A stretch of DNA of 64,000 nt. Origin: Phaeosaccion multiseriatum (taxonomy: Eukaryota > Protista > Ochrophyta, other classes). Below are positions 55,039-64,000 of the stretch, piece after piece. Below the pieces are notes generated by a model. It was not told where the DNA came from. It was given only the letters and a program-made list of their open reading frames with translations, and made no database searches. Each line of letters begins with the position of its first letter. The stretch's first letter is position 1. Made by a program: the position numbers and the translations under genes. The stretch spans positions 1,984,001 through 2,048,000 of the forward strand of contig OZ218963.1 of the NCBI GenBank assembly GCA_965112735.1, read 5' to 3'.

Positions 55039-55155
55039 AGGCAAACGAGTTATCTTCTGGTGTTCCAGAAGGTGCTTTCAGCAGGTGGCCGGCCCACCTT
55101 CCATACATTATTGTATACATGTAGATAAGAGGCAAAGTAGAGTAAAAGAGCTAAA

Positions 55156-55306
55156 TCAAGTGGTGGCCTCGTCCTCCTCCCTTCCTGCCCCGCAGATGCG
55201 CACAGGAATTCCATAGCACACCGGTGCGGCCCCAATGATGCTCGGCATCTTGCACACACTTCGTGCCTTGGCAACAATGTGTGACAGCGTGCGGGGACTT
55301 TCCCTT

Positions 55307-55337
<31 letters not shown>

Positions 55338-58300
55338 CCTCGCCCTCCTCTCGAGCCCCCGCCCCGCCGCCCACAAACCCTTCTAACACGGCCCGGCTGA
55401 AACGGTCAATGTCCTTGTCCGTAACGTCCCACAGGTTGGCGACGACCGCCGGACTACCGGCCAGCAGATACGACGCCACCATCCCAACAGGCTCGAAGGC
55501 TCCCTGTCCCTTGAGTCGGCCGCTGCTGCACCCCATCAAGAGGGCCGCAGCGCAGCGAGGTAGGGCGGCGATGGCGTCCCTTCCGAGCATGGTCTCGCCT
55601 GCCCCATGCCCGCAGTACACAAAGAAGTCCACGGCTTGGCTGAGGACGGCCCTCAGCGCGGCTGCCGGAGGGGAGCGTCCAATCTCTCCACGCCATCCCA
55701 AGCGCTGGGAGCAATCATCCAGGAGGGCACCCATGTCATCTCGAGTGCGGCTGAGGTTGCACTCCGGATCCACGACAAAGTACGCACGGTTGACTCGGAG
55801 TCCGCGTGAGTGGGGGGACCAAGAGCGGTCTGTGGAGGCCTCGTTTCTCGGGCTACTCACGCCCCTGCTGCTGGGGGGGTTCCTTGCCGTGCTGTCATCC
55901 GCATCGTCGTTCCCTGAAGAAGCTTCCAAAGACGAGAAGATGAACGGGAAGGCCGGTACTCTCGTCACAGGCCTGCCTCTCAGGCAGGGAAGACTCTCCC
56001 ATGGAAGCCCCTGCAGTTTCTCGTCAAGCACGAGAATAACAGGGTGACGCTCGTCCTCCGCCACACCTTCAACAGCAGTAGCATGTTCACACCTACTACC
56101 AGCAGCAGCAAACCCTTCTTCCCCTACCGTGCGACGATAGTCGCCTCCGTGTTGCTCTTGCTCTTGCTCCTCCCAATCCTCTTCATTCCCCTCCTCCTCA
56201 TCCTCCTCCTCCTCCTCGTCCACAGCGCCCAAAAGTCTCTCCAGAAGGTGTGCCTTGAGTCGCAGCCCGCTAAAGTCCACCCCTCTCGCCACAAGCTCCT
56301 CCTTCAGCTCAGCCACCTTGAGCTTACGAAAGTCGACGGCGCTGTCTTGCCTCACCGCCTGCTCCTTCTCTCCCTTCCTTCCTTTCCTGCCTGGCGCCTT
56401 GGCAGCGGATGCAGCAGGGGCGGGAACAGATGAAGCAGCAGGAGCGCGCGCCAGCGGTGAAGCCACCATTGTGTCTGTGCCTTCAACCCCCTCCCTCTCG
56501 TTGACGCTCCGGGTGCCTCCACTCCGAGCAGCTCGGCTAAAGTCGTACCAACTGCTCGCCAACCTACCGCAGATCTTATCATCTGCAGCCCCCCCCTCCT
56601 CCTCCTCCTCCTCCTTCTCCTCCTCCTCTTCTCCGATCTTCGTGGGTAGCGCCTTTACAGCCTTCGCGAGGTGCAGTAAGTGGGCCATGAGGCTCTGCCA
56701 GCTTCCCAAGCCCATCTCCATCTCCCCACCACCATCCACGCAGACCCGTAGGAGCTCTGCCAAGGCCTCTTTCCGAAGAAGAGCGTCTTTGAACATCTCG
56801 CCCTCCTCCACATCAGTCACCCCAGGTGCAAACGCGCTCTCCACGCGGCTTTTCTTCGTCCTCCCCGCCGCCTTCTTGTTGGCCCGATTGGAGGAAGGCT
56901 TGGTAAGGACGCGTCTAGTTGATGACGGCTTGCCTCCTCCCCCTGTTGTCGTCCCCCGCTCTCCCGTGATATCATTCTGCCCCAACACCTTCCAGAGCTG
57001 TTCGCACAGCGCGTCGAAAGCGTCACGGAACTTTTCATCTCCTCCTTTGCCACTCTCCCCCCCCACACATTGCCGCTGCCCTCGCACCTTTGCCCCGAGA
57101 AGTATCGGTGAGAGGCCATGCTGCTCGAACCACTGCCTCTGCAGCTTATTCAGCAACGCCCCCAATTTCTCATCCACCCTCTCCCTCTCCTCCCACCACT
57201 TGGCCTTTCCTTCATTTCCCCCATTCCGAGCCTCGTCCTTTGCTTGCCCTCTCAAGCTACAGGTATTCTCCGCCATCACTTCACTCCACTCCTCCAAGAG
57301 CGACAGGTCTTCTCCTGTCAACAGCACCGACAGAGTGAGGGGCACTCGACCCCGCTGGATTCGACTCAGCAGCAAGCGCCCCCCAGGTGCTAAAGTCATG
57401 CTCACAGCGACCCATTCCGCGGGGAGCCCGTTGGCCACGGCACCCTCGAGACAGCGAGCCATTTGAATGTTCGCACTACCGCTGGTGGCACTACTGCTGC
57501 TGTTCCCACTGCAGTGCGAGAACAACTCCATCCCTTGCGAGAATTTGCCGTCACCGTTTCCGTCCCTCTCTGCTGCCGTCCGCGCTGAGGCATAGGTAAC
57601 TTGCTGGGCCTTGTGATTGCAGAGCGTGACGCCGATGGAGAGAGTAGCCAGCGCAGCAGCCAGCCAGCTCCCCGACAGGCTGAAGGGTTCTGCACAGGAC
57701 CCACTTCCTCCGTCTCCTCCTCCTCCTCCTCCTCCGCCTGTTCCTCCTCCTGATAGCACAGCAAGCATTCTGCGCACTCTTCTTACGAGTTTGGCGGCTC
57801 CTGAGGAGCCCACCAGGGTCAGACTCTCGAGCAGACACTGATGAGCCTCCGTCGTGTCTCCTCCTTCTTTCGCCAGCACCAGACTACCGAGGCGGTAAAG
57901 GGCCATGGCCCGATCGAAGGGAGACACCCCTCCGCCTTTCGTCGTATCGAGACAAGTGCGGTACTTCTCCTCTGCGAATGCCGTCTCTCCAAGGAGCTGT
58001 GCCACCCTCCCCTGCCGCCATCGGAGAGCAGCAAGCGGACCAGCGACAGCAGCGCCCAAAGCCCGGCGTCCACCGCCCCCATCCCGTTTCCAGTCACAGC
58101 TCACTGACATGTCCAGGAGAAGCTGCTGGCCTCCCGAGCATGCCTCTACGTGCGCTGCAAAGGCGTCCGGGTCCGCAGTCTCCATGGTCTCAAATCCTGC
58201 GAGAAGGGCCTCCGCCTCGTCGTACGCACCCTTCGCCTCGTGGAGCATTCCCTGCGTACGATGGAGGTCTCCCTCCTCCAGCAGGAGCTGAGCCGCCGAC

Positions 58301-61300
58301 ACGTTGCTAACAATTTGGCCCGCGCAATTTACGGGCATCTTCTCACTAAGCAGCTTGCCTCCCCTTCTTGAGCCTTGCCCCACCTTCTTCTTTCTCGGCC
58401 TCCCATTGACTCTGCTTTGGCGGCCAGTGCTTCTACTACTAGCCATGCAGCCAGGCTGGCCGCATGCTGCTGAAGAGGAAAGCCTTGCCGCCTTCGATGA
58501 CACTTGTCTGCATTTGTTCAGAGCCTCTGTAGCGCGCTCAAACTTGCCTTGCTGAATTGCCAGATGCCCCTCCCCGAGCAGATAGCGGCGCAGCAAGGAG
58601 CCGCACTGCGCCTGCTCGCTAATGAACTTGCCCTGCTCGAGGTAACCCGCTGCTTTCTGAGGGAAGCCCCTCTGAACCCACAGCTTGACAACACGGGACA
58701 CGCCCTCGAGGTAGAGCGAAAGCCAGCGCGATCCCACCACTTTCAAGCCACCTTCGGGTAAGGGAAAGCGTCGCTCGCCCCCACCACCACATGTGTCATC
58801 CTTCTCCCTCACTTGCACATCCTCCCCTCCTCCATCCGCCGCTGCCCCTTCCTCCTCCTCCCCCCCCTCCTCCTCCTCCTCAACCCCGCCTGTACAATAT
58901 GTAACAACTTTCTGATGATCTGATGATGCTGCTGCTGATCTTCCAGATGCCCCCAATGATGACGGCGACGACCCTCCCGAAAATGCAATAGGAAGGGCTC
59001 CGATACCCGATAAACTGCTGCCAAAGCTTCCCTCGCCATCGCTGCAAGAGCTCCCCATCCACCCTCTCTGACTGCCGATGCCCCCCTTACCAGTGCGAGA
59101 CACCGCACTCGAATAGCACAGACGTAACGCCTCCCGCATCACCTCCATCGCCGGCCCCAGTCGACCCTGGCGCTCGTACAGCCAAGATATCGCCATCTGA
59201 CATTGGCATTCCAAGTAGGACAGCGCCCGCAGCGGCGTCTCACTCCGCTTCCGTCTGCTGCGATCTCGTCGGACGCCTGTCCTCCTCGTGGCGCGAACAG
59301 CCCCCTGGGCAGATCGGAGAGTAGCCTCAGCCCGCTGGTAGGGCCACACTTCGCCACCCTCAGCCAGACATAGCGCCTCCACAACACGCATCGCCTGAAA
59401 CGCCGCAAAAGACTCAAGCCGGGACGTCTCACATACACCTCCCTCCTTTTCACCTTCTTCTTCACAACCTTCGCTTCCCTCCTCCTCCTCCTCTTCATTA
59501 TCTTCGTTTTCCTCTTCGCCTATGGATGGATCCTGCCCTTGCTCCTCCTCGTGCTCCACGTCGAGACCCTCGTCGTGCCGGGCAAGCGTCTCCTTTGCCG
59601 CAAGCGTGTACTTCTCCGCGAGTCTGACGAGACCCACCTGCTGATAAGACAGGCCGATGCCCGTCAAACCCAGCGCCTGATCTGCGCCATTGCCTCCACC
59701 ACTAATATCGTCGTCCACACGTGCCAAACTTTCCCCCCATGTGTGCAGCAAAGAAAGACGGAGCTTGCCCGCTCGAATCTGATGTGCGACGTCCCCCTGC
59801 GCAGTAAAGTGGTCCTCCAAAATCCGAAGGCAATCGAGTGTGGTAGCCTGAGCCTCGAGTCTGATGCTGGCATTGGCGCTCTTTCTCTTGCTGCTGCCGC
59901 TACTCGTCGAGCTTCCACTGCTGTTGCTGGTAATCATGCTGCAGGGGGTCGTCTGGAAGCTCGCAATCGCATCTTCCAATGCCGCCCGGAAACCTTTGTC
60001 ATATGCGGGCTTGTCGCGCAAGTCTCGAAGGAGAACGGCCGTCACAGTTTCACAGGCGAGCCTTGCCATGGCCCGGTCCTCGTGCGCTGCTGCTGCTGGT
60101 GCTTCTGCTGCTGCTGCGACTGTAGTCTGCCCTTGCCCCCCATTTCTTTCCTGCCCCTCCCCCTCCCCCTCCCCCTCCCTTACCAATTCTATCGCCTCGC
60201 CAAGGTACCCCAAGGCGTCTCGGAGTCCTCGCAGACTCGCGTCACTCACATCACTCCAGGCCGTCGCCGCGACCTCAGCAGCACCCCCCTCCGCGCCGAG
60301 TGGGCTACTCCTGCCTGTACCGCCAGCTCCCTCCAAAGCTCCTGACACAAGCGCGGTGTAAGCATCGTGCTCGAATGTTGCTGCTCTCTGAAGAGCGGCC
60401 ACTTTCACCCACGGCACATGCCCCTCTTCGCCCCCTCCTCTCTCGGCTTGCTCGTCTCCCAGAGTGTGCATCGCCTCCACGCAAGAACGGTGCCCCCGTG
60501 CCCACACATCAGCAGCGAATAACGATCTACCCGACTGTTTTTGGGAAAGAACCCGAACCGCGCTGCTGTACGCGTTGCACTCCATGAGTGAAGCCAACAA
60601 GACTTGCTCCTCGCTGCATGCTCCTCCACCCTCCTCCTCCCCCAGCCAAGCTCTGCTCACAGCCTGCAACGTGGGCAGCAACGTTGCGCCTCCAATATCA
60701 CCTACTGTGTCTTCGTTCCCGTCGCTCAAGTACTTCACAATACAGTCCTCGAGACACTCTGATGACGACCACAACCATGAGGACAAGGAAGAAGATGAAG
60801 CCGAGGAAGACGGGCCGTTCGAACACCGCTGCCGACAACTTCGTGGCTTGGCAAGGCTGTTTGCTCGCTGCTGCGCGGCACTGTCTACCAACGGCCCCGG
60901 TGTTCCAGCATTTGTCGCCGCCAGAACCTTGTACGCAACAAAGCTCTCTATCATGGGTGCCATGCCTGCTGCGTCTCCCTCCCAATAAGCGGGAGAGCAT
61001 GCCAGCGCCCGCCTCGACCCCAGCGCCGCCAACGCAGACCGGCCACATTCTTCCAAGCAAGTCGCCAGAAAGCACAGTCTCCGATGCAGCTGAAGATCAT
61101 GCAGCAAGGCGGCAATCTCGTGGCTTGTTCCTTTGCCGTCCTGCTCGCCTGTTCCTCCTCCTTTGCCTTCAAGTCTGACCCTTGCCTCTCCGCCTCCTGC
61201 CCCCCCGCTCCTCTGCTCTTCTCCATCATCCACTTTCCGAACTTCTGCCGCAAGCGACTCCATCACGCTGCAGCTTCTGGCGAGACAGCGCAACGACAAA

Positions 61301-64000
61301 GCCACCGCCACCCCTTCCCGGTGCGCCTCCTTCCCCAAGCTCCACCAAGCCAGCCCTAGCATCTGTACGTGTCCAGAGCGGGCTGCTCTCTCCTCAAAGA
61401 CACTGACCGTTTTTGAGAAAACGAAAGCCTCCGCCGCACACAGAAGGCCCTCCGCTTGCTTGTATGTGCCACTTTGGCTTCTGATGCTGCTGCTGCTGCT
61501 GCTGCTGCTGGTGGTGGTGGTGGTGGTGGTGACGGCATTCCCGGTCTCTGAGATGCAGGTACTCGCTGCCCGCAGGTACCCGTTGATGGCCATCTCCACC
61601 ACGGGAAGGACAGAGGAAATTCTATCAGCGCACTCCCGGATACCAGAGGCCTTGATTTCAGCCAAGACGACGCTAATGTCTGCGAATAACTCCATCATAG
61701 TCACCTGCACCTGCCTCCATGACACACAAGCCGCGGAGAAGGAGGAGGAAGAAGAAGGATCCCTCCTTGTCTCGGTCTCTGTTTCCAACCAACTATTCGC
61801 TGCTGCTGAGGCCCGCTGCACCCATCGCCAGGTCCGCCCGAGAGCAGCGACAGTCTTCACCGCACTCGCTTTGCTTTCTCCTCCTCCTCCTCCTCCTCCA
61901 TCTTCTTCTTCTTCTTCTTCTTCTTCTTCTTCTTCTTCTTCTTCTTCTCTTCCTCGTCTCTCGGCCGTACCATTTGATGTGCCCCTGCTCGTCTCTCCCA
62001 GAGCCACAATGGCCCCCGGCACGGCTTTGCAAGAAGCCTGCAAATACTCAATCCCTCGTCGGAGGTGGTGCTGAACTCGGTCCCCCACGGAAGTATCGGT
62101 ACGAGGTGTTTTAGGGGCTGGGTCTCCGCCCTGTGAAGCTGCCCCCCTCCTTGGCGGCTTGGCGGGCGTCATTGTTACCATGTCTCCTCCCATGGAAGCC
62201 GTCGTCGGAGTCGGCGGCTCCGCAGCGACGAAACCACCTTCTCCATCTTCCCTCCCTCCCTTCTCGCACATCCCGCTGCGGGTGTGGGCTTGCGAGGTTA
62301 GGATGATGGCGGTTTGCATCTTGAGCATCCCTACATAAACCAAGAGCAACTTTCTGTCCCAAAACATGCCGTCGTCGCTGCTGGCATTGCTTCGAGCACT
62401 TGCACCACTAGTCTCCTCCTCCTGCTGGCGCTGCTGTTGCTGGAAGGAGCGGGTGTATCCATACGCAAGCTGCAAGACCCCCTGCGCTCTCCCCGCCTTG
62501 CCGGCCTTATCGAGGACATCAACGTAGTGCTGCAGCCAGTCCACATGAACCTGCCAGATCCCGGGGGGATGGGGGTGGGGGTGGCAGTAGAGTATAGCAT
62601 CAAGAAGGATGTAAAAGGCATTGAGAAACACAATTGAGCTTGTCGCCAGTAACAGAGGGGCGGAACATGTCGTTGGAAGGGTGGTGCCTCAAACAAGTGC
62701 TACTTGGTGCACCTTCTTCCAATGACGCGCCCACAGAGCGATGGATAGTTTCTTCGTAGCAGGGAGACCGAAAGGCTCATGGGAACCCTATCAGCACAAT
62801 TCGGTTCCTCCGCAGCTCAAGAAGAAACGCCAGGAGGATCGCACAACACCAAGATTTGACAAAGGCCATGGCACTTACATGACAGAAACCCACGTCTGTC
62901 GCTCTCGAAGAGGCTGCACCAGCAGAAGCCGCAGAATGATTGGTATCGTCGCTGCTGCTTGTGTCGCAAAGGGCCTGCGGCAGAGGCGGCCAAGTGCCGC
63001 TCCTGCCCTTCAAAAGCTGTAGGCATATGCCGTAAAAGTTGCCAATATCGCTGAATGTCAGAGAAGGGTAGCTGCGAGTTGTCCTATCCTCAGTGCTGGC
63101 ACGCGTGCTACTGCTCTCTCCTTCTCCGGCTCCAGTGGACAGGATTGCATGTCTCTCTGCAGCCACTCCGCTCCTGTGCACATGCTCTACAAAGGCCGCT
63201 TCGTCGAAGCGCTGCCCGCTCTTGCTCGCCAGAAAGCGCAGAGCCGTACCCCGACACCTCAAGGCCCATTGCAATCCGCTGCTGCACGCATTAGTCCCCC
63301 ACACATGCGTTGACCCCTCTTGCTCCTCATGCTGCTCCACGAGAGTAGCTGCACGCCATAGCAGCTTGAACATGTGGTCTCGGTACCCGTCAGCTGTGCC
63401 CGTCTCACCCAACACCTCCAACTGCTGCACCCACTCAAACGAGCAGTCGCAGAGGTGACTGGCAAAGACTTGCAGGTGGTCTCCCCCCCCCGCCTCCAGA
63501 AGACACCTACAGATATTCAGTAGGCCGCCGCTCACCAGCTTCACCAGTTGCAGACCTAGTGGAGGAGCCGAAGTGTGGCGGCCATTGCCAATCCTTCCCG
63601 TACTCTTGCCGCCGCTCTGGGGGGTGTCCTGAGAACTCCTACTGCTCCTCCTGCTGCTGCTACTACTACTACTGTGGATGCTGCTGCTGCTGCTTGTGGC
63701 GGCAACGGTAGCTCTCTCTTGGGGAGGCAAAGGGAAGGTACCGAGGAGAGTCAGAGGTTCAGCTCCGCTTGCACAAGCGGCAACGACAGCAGCATGGCAG
63801 TCAGCCCCCAAGGTGATGATCAGCGCCCTCTGGAACAAGCCGGCTGCGCGTAAACCACCGTTGAAATCCTTAAGCTCGATGCTCCTCGTCACCGCTTGGT
63901 AGAGGAGTCTCTCCATCGTTAGAGGAGGCACTGCAGTGTGCGCAGCCAGGGGGAGCAAGAGCTCGAGCGACTGGCAGGCTATAGCAACACTCTGCATTCG
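55156..64000 (-). CDS. ESP1: Separase (peptidase C50), 5'-partial
   Basis: Exon 62550-55156 (7.4 kb), intron 62878-62551, and an upstream exon running past the window end. C-terminal motifs: KWWEERERVDEKL, ILVLDEKLQGLPWESLPCL, VTRVP, FVVDPECNL, FVYCGHGAG (catalytic His), LLMGCSSG (catalytic Cys), ANLWDVTDKDIDRF, AAPVCYGIP. Confidence 0.95.

Noticed and set aside
55235-62074. Long plus-strand ORFs (270, 403, 268 and 313 aa) opposite separase
   Set aside because: Antisense shadows of a GC-rich coding exon; no motifs.

Overview
Eukaryotic nuclear DNA: GC-rich, gene-dense, with GT-AG introns packed with microsatellites. Gene content suggests an ochrophyte, probably a brown alga or close relative (inference, mainly from the PKS18/EsPKS1-type type III PKS). 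Ten genes were assembled by hand from reading frames and splice sites: (1) a giant 5'-partial coiled-coil/low-complexity protein (+); (2) an intronless SRPK with a ~840-aa spacer (-); (3) an LRR + EF-hand protein (+); (4) a BRUTUS/HRZ-like hemerythrin-CHY-RING E3 ligase (-); (5) an EHD-family ATPase that lacks the EH domain and has a hydrophobic N-terminus (+); (6) a G-protein alpha subunit (+); (7) a type III PKS with an N-terminal membrane anchor (-); (8) a MAPKK (-); (9) a CEP131-like protein (+); (10) a 5'-partial separase with an internal SAP motif (-). Intergenic DNA holds a TTAA-flanked piggyBac-type MITE and four short related inverted-repeat elements with TCGA-CCC...GGG-TCGA-like ends. 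The most notable signals are those elements, the SAP-containing separase, the head-to-head BTS-like/EH-less EHD pair, and an intron architecture with complementary repeats at opposite ends, donor-seeded microsatellites and weak AAG or purine-rich acceptors. All calls come from reading the sequence; no database search was run.
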